A DNA stretch of 57,219 bases, counting the filler, from Trichosphaerium sp. ATCC 40318 (taxonomy: Eukaryota > Protista > Tubulinea): assembly GCA_038496445.1 (NCBI GenBank). It is 3 parts of 3 records of this genome, joined end to end, with 100 filler letters (N's around TTAATTAATTAA, not from the genome) between each part and the next. Parts side by side here need not be neighbours in the genome. Positions count along the whole stretch, not along the records: positions 1 to 27,128 come from JALMLS010000104.1; 2 more parts are not named here. The stretch is one strand, 5' to 3'. The translations under genes and the position numbers were made by a program. Shown one piece after another: positions 1 through 12,112 of the stretch (position 1 is the stretch's first letter; every line of letters starts with the position of its first letter). The notes beneath the pieces were generated by a model. It was not told where the DNA came from. It saw nothing but the letters and a program-made list of their open reading frames with translations, and ran no database searches.

Positions 1-2
1 AA

Positions 3-3000
3 ATGGTACATTAGCAATCAATTTAATAATTTGTGAGCTGTTTGGTTTAAACTTTGGTGTAGGCTTACCTCGTAGTTACCGGAACCGCCCTTATGGTGGG
101 TACCGTTTCGTATGGTACTTTAGCGCTTATTTTTTGTATTTTGATACTTACTGCTGTAATAGCGCATATACGCTTGAATCACGGTACCTTTAGGAAATTC
201 GTTACGTTAGTGCAAAACTTTCTTGTATTCGTCCCAAACACTCATAATCTCGTAGGGAGAAGGCGACAAAGCATGATATCAAAAGATTCAAGGTGCTATT
301 GGAGCGCCTCGAAGCGTATGAAAAAGTGGCTATGGAACACGCTAAAGAGCTTAATTATGATCACGACAAAGCTATGAGGCAGGAAGTCGCCAAAGACATG
401 AAGTGCGCACCTTGTTCAGCCCAAAAATGCTTGTTTAGCTAGAAACCTATTTTAACGCTCATTTTAGAGACAGCGAAGGCAGTAAAAAGAAGGCAAAAAA
501 GGCAAAAAGCAAAGACAGAAATGTTGACATAAAGGATCCCAAAAACGCTTCTAAGCAACCTATACCAGAAGATTTTTATGATGGATGTACGTGTAACCAT
601 TCAAATGGCTTTTAATTAGTAAACTGACAGAAACCCATTTTCTCTCATGTGTCACGCTGTAACTGGCTTTATTTGATCTCTAACCAATTATTTCTTTGTA
701 GCTTTTCAAGGTGACATGACTAAAGAGGAGGCAGCTCTTATTCTAGCTATGAATCCAGCGTATGTTTAGTTTTCTTTAATATTTTTTTTAACTCTCGCTT
801 ATTATTGCTTTTTCACTTTTTCACGTACTTATGACGCTTAGTGATTGGTCTGATAAGAAGAAAGTGACTACTGCTCATCGTAAACTCATGCTTTTGAATC
901 ACCCGGATAACGGAGGATCGAATTTTCTTGCTACAAAGATCAATGAAGCGAAAGATATTTTGATAGATGGTATCGAGCGTGGAGACACTGACGACCTCTC
1001 TGGTGCAAGTGATGAGCGTAAAGAAGAGATTAGAAAAGAAAAAGAGGAAGAAAAGGCAAGACAAGCTGCTGAAGAGAAAGGCGAAGATGAAGAAAAGGAA
1101 AAAGAAGACGAAGACGATGAAGTAGCAGGTACCTATTCTTCTTAGTTTTCATCGTTTATAGTACAATATACGTAAAGTTCTGACCTTTTTCGTTTTGTTA
1201 AGATGATCTTTCCGCTACTATGGGTATGGGTGATTTAGGAGGCTCTAGTGAGGCCTCGGAAACTAAAGATACAGATGAAGAAGTAATAAAAATTAAGCAA
1301 GAAGCAGATGCCCGTTTAAGAAAAATGAGTGAGCTTTCTATGGATTTCCCTGATAAAACAGAATTGAAGACGCTGAGCGTAGAGGAACTATTGGGTGAAG
1401 TCAAATCAGTAAAACGTCCAACAGTTTATGAATGGTATGAAGCTTCTAAGGGCGTAATGTATGATTACGGTGTAATGGGTACGTGCAATGATAGTTACTT
1501 TGAAAGGGCTGTTTTTTCAATCATTTTTTTTTCTTGTCTACGCGAGACAACGTGTAGTGCTTGGCTACGTGTTGACTGACTTTTTCATGTAGGCCTTGAA
1601 AGAGCCTCAAAATACTTTAAAGACCAACGTAGAGGTATAAAGAAAAGCTACAGGAGGATGCGAGGTGTTTCAACGCCTAGAGAAGCAATGCAGATCTTGC
1701 AACATTTTTTTGGCACCACGCTTGGCTTAGGATATTACTTTAGCTATGTTTTACTCCAGAGGAAGCGTATACCTACCCCAAGTCCATACAAGAAAGAAAG
1801 ACGAGCATTGTATATGTCGCAGTTGATGCGCTCAATTCGCAGGCTACGTCGTGCAGCAGTTGATAGGTACTGTGTGAGAGTCTTATATAACGATAAAATC
1901 GTACAGCTGGATCCTATCCGGGGATTTATCTTCAACCTCTACAAAGAGGCACAAGAGGACAACGATAGGTATAGTGACCCGTATATTGAAGCCAGAGATG
2001 CTTATAACAGAGAACTGTTCAAACAAGTTTGTATATTAAAAGAACGCGGTATTGACGTACAAGGCATCATAGACGCAGCGTTGACAGAGGAGAAGCTTGA
2101 AAAGCAGTATAGAGATAGTATTGCTAAAATGAACGCAAGAGTGGAAAGAACACGAGATGCTATAGCCAAAGCGCATGTAGCGCAAAACAATACCGAATCA
2201 ATTCCCACACAAACACCCGAATCCCCACCCATGCCGGCTTATCAAGAAACTCCACTACCAAAGTATGAGGCTGAGATATCGAGGGTGAGGATGGAAATGG
2301 AACAAGAAAAGCGAAAGATTGATGCGATGTTTAAAAACATTGAAGATGATGCTCAGATTGAGTATACTGCTAGACTTGCTTTTGAAGATAAGAGAGATGC
2401 TCTTCTTGTTGAGGAAGAGAAGAAGAAGCAGGAAGAAATCATCAAAGCAGAGAAGCAAAGAGAAAAGGACATGAAAGACCCTGTTAAGAGGAAGAAGATT
2501 GAAAAAGAAGAAGCTGAAGCAATTAGAGAAGATAATGAATTAAGAGCAAGGTGGGGGTTACCTAAGAATGAGAAGATCCTCAGTGAGAAGGAGAAGGCTA
2601 TTGTGGAAGCTGAGAAGGCTAAAGAAGCAGCTGAGAATGAAGGTGAAGAAGAAGGAGAAGAAGAATTATCAAAAGCTGATGGTGAGCGTGCTGATAAGAA
2701 AAAGAAGGAAGCAGAAGCTGCTGCTAAAGAGGCTGAGAAAAAAGCTGCCAAGGAGAAAGAAGAGGAAGAAGAGAGGTTAAAGAAGGTTGAAGAAGAAAAT
2801 AAGAAGAGAATTGAAGCTACAAGAAAGAAGCTCAAGTCTTTGGATAAGCAGTATACCATGCAAGCAAAAAAGAAGGTTCATTTTGATCGTATAAAGTTTG
2901 AGAAAGAAATGCAAGCTGAGATGAATGATAAGCAAGCAGAGACATTAGAAATTCAGATACGTGAATCATTACGTGCTGTTGAACCTCTTCCTATTCCAAA

Positions 3001-3274
3001 ACCAACAAGTGGTGCTTTTGAGAGGTTCTCAGAAGTTCCTGATGATTTCGTCTTGAAAGACAGCGTACTTGGTGAGTATGTTCCTCCTCATAGAACTGTT
3101 CGTGGGTTCTTAAAGAGAGCTCTTGTTCCTCCTCCTACTTTATCTCAAGCTGAAGAAAAACTCTTCTCTTGGTCTAAGGCTTTGAAGGAGCTTGAAGAAA
3201 TTGAACAAAATAAATCGGGAGATAACACTGATACTAAGAAAAACCAAGAAGAGAAGAAGGAAAATGAGGCATAA
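3..3274 (+). CDS. Pam18/Tim14-like J-domain protein with N-terminal TM segment and ~700-aa acidic/coiled-coil C-terminal extension (multi-exon)
   Basis: Splicing GT-AG introns by eye gives MAYLVVTGTALMVGTVS...FYDGSFQGDMTKEEAALIL...TAHRKLMLLNHPDNGGSNFLATKINEAKDIL, a Pam18-type J-domain. The frame continues through the introns at ~1130-1203 and ~1479-1592 into the 1658..3274 ORF. Confidence 0.75.
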
Positions 3275-3689
3275 AATTTTTTTTGCGTCATCCATCTTTT
3301 TTTTTCCTTTCTGGTTTTCTTTGTAATTGCTTGTGTATACACCCCTTTTTGACCAGTATTTAATTGTTGTTATATTGTTTATGGTTATTATGATTGTTAC
3401 AGGCAGTTTTGAAAGGATTTTAGAGAGGTGTTGGTGAGGTTTTGTTCAAAGAAAGTAACTGAGACTTTTGGTTGTTTTTTGAGAGTTTGGGTTTTATTCT
3501 CTGTTTTTTTTTTGTTTTCTAGTGAACACACGCAACAACGTTATCATTAAAAAAAAGGCACGTGTATTATGTGGAAAATAAAGGTGAACACATAAAGGAA
3601 ATATGGGTACACCCAAAAGAGCCCAAAAGGAAATATTGGGCGTTGCTGTTCTTTTTTTTAATCTTTGTCTTCAATCTCATCGTAATCAG

Positions 3690-5638
3690 TACGCTTTCCA
3701 ACTCTGGTTGTCATGAGCACGACAATACCCATAAGTACGAAACAAGTAAGTCCACCGATGATGATACCAATAACGAGACCAATTGGTGCCTTTTTCCTTG
3801 GAATAATCACCTCTAAAGAAAAAACAAATTAGTCTTGTAATTTCTTCGTAAGATAGAAAACCAAAAAAAAACTCCCAAAGTCGGGTGACGCCAAAAAAAT
3901 TCACTTTTTGTCCGTACCAGGTGCCCAATGATAAACTGTTCTGTTTGCTATTGGTTGTACAGGTCTGAAGTTACCATTCATTACAGGTACAGTAGCCAGA
4001 GCGTTGAGTTGTTGTTGAGTGATACCAACAATGTCTTGCATTATAAACCATTGTACTTTTTCATCACATTGTGGAGTGGTTAGAGATCCAAAATAATGGA
4101 AGTAGCCTTTGCTGCTAACGTGTTTCATGACGTCGCCCATCTAAAGTAGAATCGTTAAAAAATGCCAATTAACTACGCTTCGAATTAACAAAAAAAAACC
4201 AAAAAGCACGTGATTTGTAATGTAAATTTTGTTGACCTAATTTTGTATCACGTGATTTTTGTAAATGGTAAATAAACACAAGAGCCCGTCTTAGGTCAAA
4301 TTTATATGAGTTCTGCGCCTGAGGCATTCAACTAGTTCATTTCTCTAACGTATGAAAATCACGTGATTTTTTTGAAACTGATTTTTTTTTTTTTGCGAAC
4401 AAAAGCGGAAATTTTTTTGTTTTGAAAATGTACGTTAAACTCGATAGGCAATGACACGCTAGTGTTGACTTCTTTTAGAAGTGGTGTTTCGTCATCGATC
4501 TAAGGAGAAAATGAGGTTGTTTCGGCTTCTAAAAAAGAAGGTTTTAAAAATTTACCCTTTGGATGAACGGATCAGGTGTTGCGCCGTCTGTAACATTGTA
4601 CATTACAGCCACTACAGCGTATTCAATACCAGAGATATTCTTTTGGTGTACCTAAAGAACAAAAGTTAAGCGACTGGTAAAGGGTCCTACTGAGTCTAAT
4701 AAAACTGTCTGCAGGCTATGTAGTAATTTGTGCGCTCCAAAAGACGTATGAACGGTATGTTTACGTACAAAATGTACTTCCAAGGCAACTTGTTTTCCGT
4801 CAACAGTATGTTCGCTCTTTGAGTGTAAATGAATCTGTACGAGTTCGTATGCCTCAGTGAGTGGTCCACCTGTTACTTCCATAACACCAGATTGAGATAC
4901 ATTCACTACAAACAAAAAAAAAATTAGAAAAAAACCGAAAGGTAACCGACTAAAATCTTTGCTTACCAAACAATGTATGACCGTTGTTTTGGATTGTATG
5001 TCCAGTATTAACTCGGTAGTTAGCGGTCTAAAACACTGGATTAGAGCTCAACCACGGAATCTTAAAGGGAGACAAGTAGGAGTTAAAGTGGGTTCGTACA
5101 AGCGGTTTTAGAGGCGGCTCCATTGCTGTCGAAACGTTTAATTTTAAAATGTTAATAGGTGATTGGCTCGTTCCTCCACACTGGGAATCTAAGGGAGATT
5201 GTAAGCGTTTATTGATAGTGGGAAGTAAATAGTCAATTTTAGGGGACGGTTCGCTAGAACTCACTCGAAACAGCTTTTGTAATACATTGAGAAGTTGAAA
5301 GGCACAAAAGAAGAAAAATATCAAAAAAAAAAATGTTGAAATCCGAAAAAAAAGTTTTGGTCTATTTCATCAACACGTGACTAGTTATAAATTCAAAACA
5401 AAGAAATGGTATTAACAGGTTAAAAAAAACTGTGTTGGCACAGAACCGCCTTTTTTTGTTGGCAGAAATGGCCGTTAGCCTTTTAATGGGTCTCAACAAG
5501 TGTATTCGTACCAGGACATATGTCTGCCCAGTTTTGTGGTGAAGTAGGTCCTGTGGTGTCGTATGACCAGTCTTCGCATGTTTGAGACAAAGCTACTGTA
5601 GCGATAGCAAGGGTGATGAACAAGTGAAGAGCACTCAT
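3690..5638 (-). CDS. Alpha-carbonic anhydrase with signal peptide and C-terminal TM helix (multi-exon; 3' end approximate)
   Basis: Exons read MSALHLFITLAIATVALS..WSY..P.NW; QSPINI; QIHLHSKSEHTVDG..LEVHFV (Zn-binding His triad); YFHYFGSLTTPQCDEKVQW; NFRPVQP; then hydrophobic IGLVIGIIIGGLTCFVLMGIVVLM. Confidence 0.9.
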
Positions 5639-6328
5639 TGGGCAGTCAGAGTTGTTTCGGCAATAGAAAACTAAACTTATTGTTTAGGACTTGTTTCCTT
5701 AAGGCATTGTGTACGCTTTTCTTTCCACCGCTTTTTACGTGTCTTTATGCCGATGAATGAGTGCTAATACACTCTGTTATTATAGTTGTGTTGGAAGGTT
5801 TCTGTGTCACGTTGAGTATCACGTGAACGATTATGCTGAAACTCAAAAAAAAAAAGTGTCAAAACGCGAAAAGGCAAATTACTAACAACGGAACCACGTG
5901 TTTTATGTATTCTCAGCGCATTTTTCACTATAATTATATTGTCCTTTTGGCCCTTTATGCTTCTGAAAAGCAATTAAACCAGAAAAGCGTAAAAATCACA
6001 TACATAGAGCAACACATGAGTACAAAGCGCTTCACGTATATTTTACGAAGCTATTTGAGAAAGTGGAACACTTCCCTTTAAAATCCATCCTATTGTTACC
6101 AGGCTGCCTTGATTCCCTCGCCAAACCCTGTTTAGTTTATCAAGGCCTACCGCGCAGATAGACAACAGCCAAGTAGCATATTGTATTCGTTGTCGGCAAA
6201 AAAAAGTGTCAAACACAAAGAATACTAATTTTCTAGCTTTCTGGTAGAATTTTTAATTGTAACTTGAGGCTTTTGTTGGTCCTCGTCTGGTAAAGTCTAC
6301 GACAAAAACGACTTTAAACACGTGATCT

Positions 6329-8114
6329 ATGGCAGAACCTCGCACTTCGTCAGTTAATTTACAATATGTTAACCGTTTGGCCACTGGTTGGAGACATTCA
6401 ATGGTAATCGCAGACGATGGCTTTGTTTACACGTGGGGGCGAAACAATGAGCGTGAATTGGGTAATACAGACGAAAATGAGAGTTCTATTGCAAGACCAA
6501 TAAAATCATTCATAAATATCGTCTGTATTGCTGCTGGATGCTTTCATAGCCTTGCAGTTGATTCAAACGGTATTGTGTATGCATGGGGATATAATTCAGG
6601 TGGCGTATTGGGTCTGGGTCACTTTGCGTCACCTGTTTCGTCACCAACACGTGTTCCAAATCTCAACAATATAACGAAAGTCTCTGCCGATTGTGTGAGT
6701 ATGGCGTTATCACAAACAGGTCATGTCTACTCTTGGGGATACAATGAATATCAGGGATTGGGTCATTCATTCGACAAGTTGAAAGTTTTATCACCAGCGG
6801 TTATTCCAAATCTTCAAAATGTTCAAAAAATTCAAACTAACTCGCATGTAAGTGGAGCAATGACGTCAACAGGTCATGTCTTTCTTTGGGGAACAACAGA
6901 TAATGAAGCAATAGATAAATTGTTATTCTTGAAACCAAAGACAATTTCACGTGTTCCAAGTATTGATGATGCCACTGATATTGTCATTGGTGATAGTCAT
7001 GTACTTGTTCTCCTCAAGTCAGGACAAGTATTTTCTTTTGGACTTAACTGGCGTGGGTGTCTTGGGTTGGGTATTGATCGCGAGTATGGTCAGGGTATCA
7101 TCAAAGGACTCAATAACATCATATCTGTACATGCTGGTGTGTGGACATCATTTGTGATTGATGATGAAGGTTGTTTGGTTGGGGTAAAGGGAAATGGATT
7201 GATTCGTTCTCATCAAACAAACCATTAAAATTATCTGGAAAATATCTTGAGTTTGCCAATAAACGACATCATTACTTGGCAATATCTCATGACTTCAAGT
7301 TGGTTACAGGCGGTAGTAACAATTATAGTGAATCTTCACCACAAGCATTGACTTTTAACAACTACAAAAAGGTACTTCAGAATTTGATAATAGATTGTTG
7401 TTTAACTGTTTGTTTAGGTAATCCAAACCTCAGTTGACACTTTAGAAAAGATACGTAAAGAGCTGAAACAAGACCCAAAACACTATTACACATCAATTGG
7501 TGGTGGTCGAGAATACACCAAGTTTGGAGATGCTCCAGAGCACATTGATATGATCAAAGATGCCCTTGGAGCCGTTGAAATACAACAGAATGAAGAATAC
7601 ATCAATGTACGTCAACAACAAAACAAAAGAAAAGAGGTAAATACATGTATTCCTAATCATTCTCATAGCCTCACAATGATCCAAGTGACATCGTTCTACC
7701 ATCTCCTAATGAAAGTACAATAACTCCATTGTGTGATGTGAACATAGTATTACCTGACGAGTCATGGATTGACAAACCCAATGTGTCGGTTGTTAATACC
7801 AAGGTACGTATACAGTTTCGTTTGTATGTATCACAAACTTTTTTATTTAGCCAACATTTAATCATCCACGTGATATCAAATCAATCGCTGCTTCAACTAC
7901 TCCAACTCCAATACTCCAAAACGTTGAAGTCGATTGGGTGCGAGTATTAATGAAGTTGGGTATTCCAAGTAAGCGAGCCCAAGAGCTTGGATCATTGATG
8001 AATGATGCAGGCGCAACAATTGAAGAAATTGATAAAGATATATTGAAAGAACTTGGATTCAGCTTGATGGAACGTATCAAGGTCATAAAAGCAAAGAGAA
8101 ATAACCTTCTTTAG
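6329..8114 (+). pseudogene. RCC1-repeat protein with C-terminal SAM-like helical domain, copy A (4-bp frameshift near 7175)
   Basis: RCC1 blades (HS...DG.VYTWG.N...LG). Relative to copy B, one GTTT unit is missing at ~7172-7178. Downstream exons end in ...LMKLGIPSKRAQELGSLMNDAGATIEEIDKDILKELGFSLMERIKVIKAK. Confidence 0.7.
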
Positions 8115-8249
8115 TAATACTGTTTGCAATGTTAGAATAGAAATAGTATAGTTCTTATTTTACCAAGCCTATTGAATGTAATAACCTACAGTTGATACGT
8201 CTCAGGATTTTCTTTTTAATGCGCTGTTCTAAATGGTGCCCTGTTGTTT

Positions 8250-8390
8250 AAGTATGAGGTTGACTGTTGACAGGTGTTCATACTAGTATTCTATCTTGTT
8301 GAAATGTAATAACAGATAAAGTCATCCACGCATTAAAAGGTGTTCACATGATTGACATTTATGGTTGTGACTTAATAACAGATGAGGTGT
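8250..8390 (+). pseudogene. Decayed LRR fragment related to the 12113-13390 F-box/LRR gene
   Basis: Translates as ..LTGVHT.. and ITDKVIHALKGVHMIDIYGCDLITDE, the same repeat type, with no intact ORF. Confidence 0.65.
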
Positions 8391-8992
8391 CAAGGTAGAA
8401 AACCAATTTTTTTATTTAGTCAGTTTATTGACGACGGTACATTCCACATGCCTAGGCATGTAGCACAGCAAATACTAAGGGCTATGATCTCTTCGCCATT
8501 AGACGATTGATGCAAGCAACCGCTGTGGAGTGGTAGGGCCTTACGCTGGTTGTTTTAGAAAGAGTTGATGACCCGTCCTGTGGGTTTGATGAGGGGTTGC
8601 CAGTACCCGTCTGGCTTGACAGCGGCCGAAATAACATTGTCATGTCCTCCATGTCCTAATTGTTTAGTTAACAAGAATGTTTAAACCTACAATAGCGATA
8701 GGCAACCTTGCGAAGTAATTTCGTGGTATTGACAGCTTTTGGAATCTGCTTTTGTTTTCGCATTTGGTATTTTTCACGTGACCAACAAGTAAATAAGTAA
8801 CGCATGAGTTTCACATGATGTTAATTGCGTATAAGAATCTTGTTCGCGAGTATTGGATGGATAGAGTAACTTTGTTAAAAAATGATAACAATATTGACAA
8901 AAACAATTAGGGCTTGAGCTACATGATAAAGCGAGAACTGCGCTATTTTATAGTTTATTAGACGTGCTTCAACTCTATGCAGATGAATTGAA

Positions 8993-9108
8993 TGATGGAA
9001 CATATCAAGGTCATAAAAGCAAAGAGAAATAACCTTCTTTAGTAATACTGTTTGCAATGTTAGAATAGAAATAGTATAGTTCTTATTTTACCAAGCCTAT
9101 TGAATGTA
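8993..9108 (+). repeat. ~116-bp direct duplicate of 8065-8180 (3' end and UTR of RCC1 copy A)
   Basis: Near-identical tgatggaac(g/a)tatcaaggtc...ccaagcctattgaatgta at both places. Confidence 0.9.
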
Positions 9109-9387
9109 TTTACCCTATAGCTGTTGATACCTTTAGTGTAGTTCTTATTGTAAGGTTAGTGTACCTAGCTTATTGGATGTTCAATAATACCAGATGTTAG
9201 AGAATGGCGTTTAGCCGTTTTAAGTTTTTGTAGGTGGTAAACCGAGACCAAAATTTGACCCCCTTAACATGCTAAGGATTATTCTTCAAAGCTAGTTGGT
9301 ATGTTTTTAACACAATAACACTTTAGCACAACCGAAGTAAACCAACAATAATGTTACTAAGCTAAGCTATTTTACTCAAAAACATTT

Positions 9388-11235
9388 TTACAAGATATTT
9401 TTGTGCTTTGCTTTGAATACTTTGACCCGTTCAATGGGACTGAATTCTAGTTCTTCTAGCAAGGTTGAAGTTATGTCCTCAGGCTTGATATTAGCATCAT
9501 TCATCAATGATCCAAGTTCTTGTGCTCTTTCATTTGCAATACCCAACTTCATCAATATTATCTTCCAATCAGGTTCAACTTTTGGAGCTGATTGGTTCTC
9601 ATATGCTTCTCTGAAATGTGACTAGCACAGCCTGCATTAATAAACGCTAGTACTAATACAAACTAAAGAGATACGTACCTTATTATTGGCGTCAACAGAA
9701 ATGTTGGGTTTATTGAGCCAGGATTTTTGAGATAAAACGCTCAGATCATCATCTGATTCGTCACACTAGAATAATGATCAGTTGTGACGTGGATTGTTAG
9801 TTGTAAAGGCTTACTTTAAAGCGTTCCTCTTGCTTTTGTATTTCAAGGGCTTCAAGGGCATCTTGAATCATATTAAGGTGTTCAGGAGCATCTCCAAACT
9901 TTGTGTATTCTCTATCAGCATCAAAATCACCATTTGGTTCAATAACAGCTTTTGCCAAGTACTTTTCAATTCTGTCTTCCTTCAGAGCCTCACTGCTTTT
10001 GGCTGTAGTGATTTGCTATATTGTCATTTAACTTAAATATTTATGTTTGGTTTTGAGCACCTTTTCACTCATTTGTTTTGTTGGCGGAAGATCTGTAGAG
10101 TTATATTTGGTGTTCTAAAAATATCAACATTAAAGCTCAGAAAGACAACTTGTTATGGTACCTTTTTGTGATTGTTGAATGTCAATTTTTGCAGGTTTGA
10201 TTCTCCATAATTATTACGACCATCTGTGTCCAACTTGAGGTCATGAGATATTGTCAAATAATGATATGCTTTATTGGCAAACTCAAGATATTTTCCAGGT
10301 AATTTTAATGGTTTGTTTGATCTGAACGAATCAATCCATTTCCCTTTACCCCAACCAAACAAACAACCTTCATCATCAATCACAAATGATGTCCACACAC
10401 CAGCATGTACAGATATGATGTTATTGAGTCCTTTGATGATACCCTGACCATACTCGCGATCAATACCCAACCCAAGACACCCACGCCAGTTAAGTCCAAA
10501 AGAAAATACTTGTCCTGACTTGAGGAGAACAAGTACATGATGAGAACCAATGGCAATATCAGTGGCATCATCAATACTTGGAACACGTGAAATTGTCTTT
10601 GGATTCAAGAATAATGATTTATCTTTTGCTTTCTCTTCTGTTGTTCCCCAAAGAAATACATGACCTGTTGATGTCATTGCTCCACTTATGTCATTAGTTT
10701 GAATTTTGTTGACATGATCAAGACTTGGAATACGTTTTGGTGAGTTTACTTTCTTTGTGTCAAATGAATGACCCAATCCATGATATTCATTGTCTCCCCA
10801 AGAGTAGACATGACCTGCTTGCGATAACGCCATACTCACATGATAGGCAGATACTTGCGTGATATTGTTGAGATTTGGAACACGTGTTGGTGACGAAACA
10901 GACTTGAAGTGACCCAGACCCAACGACCCAGCTGAATTACCGCCCCATGAATACACAATACCATTTGAATCAACTGCAAGGCTATGAAAAAACCCAGCAG
11001 CAATACAGACGATATTTGTGAGTGACTTTATTGGTCTAGCAATAGCTCTCGCTTTGGTTATTAGTTCCTGTAAATATTGAAAAGTAGACTTCTTGGCTGT
11101 GCCTAACTGGCACCAAGAGTTACCCCCCCACGTGTAAACAAAGCCATCGTCTGCGATTACCATTGAATGTTCGTAACCAGCGGCCAAACGGTTAACATAT
11201 TGTAAATTAACCGACGAAGTGTGAGGTTCTGCCAT
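9388..11235 (-). CDS. RCC1-repeat protein with C-terminal SAM-like domain, copy B (multi-exon at the 3' end)
   Basis: 360-aa ORF of RCC1 blades, paralogous to copy A. Later exons: REYTKFGDAPEH..; WKIILMKLGIANERAQELGSLMNDANIKPEDITSTLLEELEFSPIERVKVFKAK. Confidence 0.85.
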
Positions 11236-12112
11236 TCTTGTATTGTTTGTAAATTAAGCAAGTCTTTTTTTATAGCACGTGACTTCGCTTATGCTGGTAG
11301 CGAACAAGTTCTAAAAATTACATTTGTTAACACCCAGGAATTTCCTAACTGTTAACGCTGTATTGTGGAAAAGAAAGCTCTGATGGACCAGATTCGCGAT
11401 TGAAGTAACATTGTAGAAACTTTTTCTGAAATGCAGACACGCAACGCTAAACGCATAATGTGAAACACCCGCAATTGCTACGTGCAATAGTGGGCGTTTT
11501 AGTACGTTTGATACATACACCTGTAACCAGCTCCATAGACTATTTAAAAATGTTACTCACCCCTCAAAATGCGGTATTAGACATAGTTAGTAACACTTTA
11601 AATGTCGGGACGTTAGAACGAGAAAATTTGTTTTTTTTGCTTTCTCATGTTGAAGTGCAAAACCGAGAAGTTTATTTGTACTTTGCATAATGTGCAAATA
11701 TGTGGTTATGGTATTGTAGCCATCAAAGTTCAAATGAAATCATTACTGCCATTTTTGGGCACGTTTTAAAAAAAAACTCTTTCAGCATTTTTGGCTTTTG
11801 GTTTCTCGTTCACAACACTCCTGAAACCCAAAAAGTAACTTGGCTCTCCTGTGCATGTAAAGGCCATACATATAGAAATGGTTCAGTAATCTACATTAGT
11901 GAATGATTGTAACTACACCACATAACAAACTCAAAGTCATAGAACTGTAGCCTTACTTTCTGCTACAAAACGGTTAACCGTTTAGGGTTTGAAATAGGTT
12001 ACCTCGCCTCTTCTTAACGATATAGTAGTACATGAACCAGTAGTAGGTTTGAAAGGTTATTCTACATTATCGGTTTATTTTCTGATTAAACAACATATTT
12101 TACAGATGTCGG

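Noticed and set aside
2353-2859. 168-aa Ser/Phe-rich minus-strand ORF
   Set aside because: Antisense shadow of the Glu/Lys-rich coding strand.
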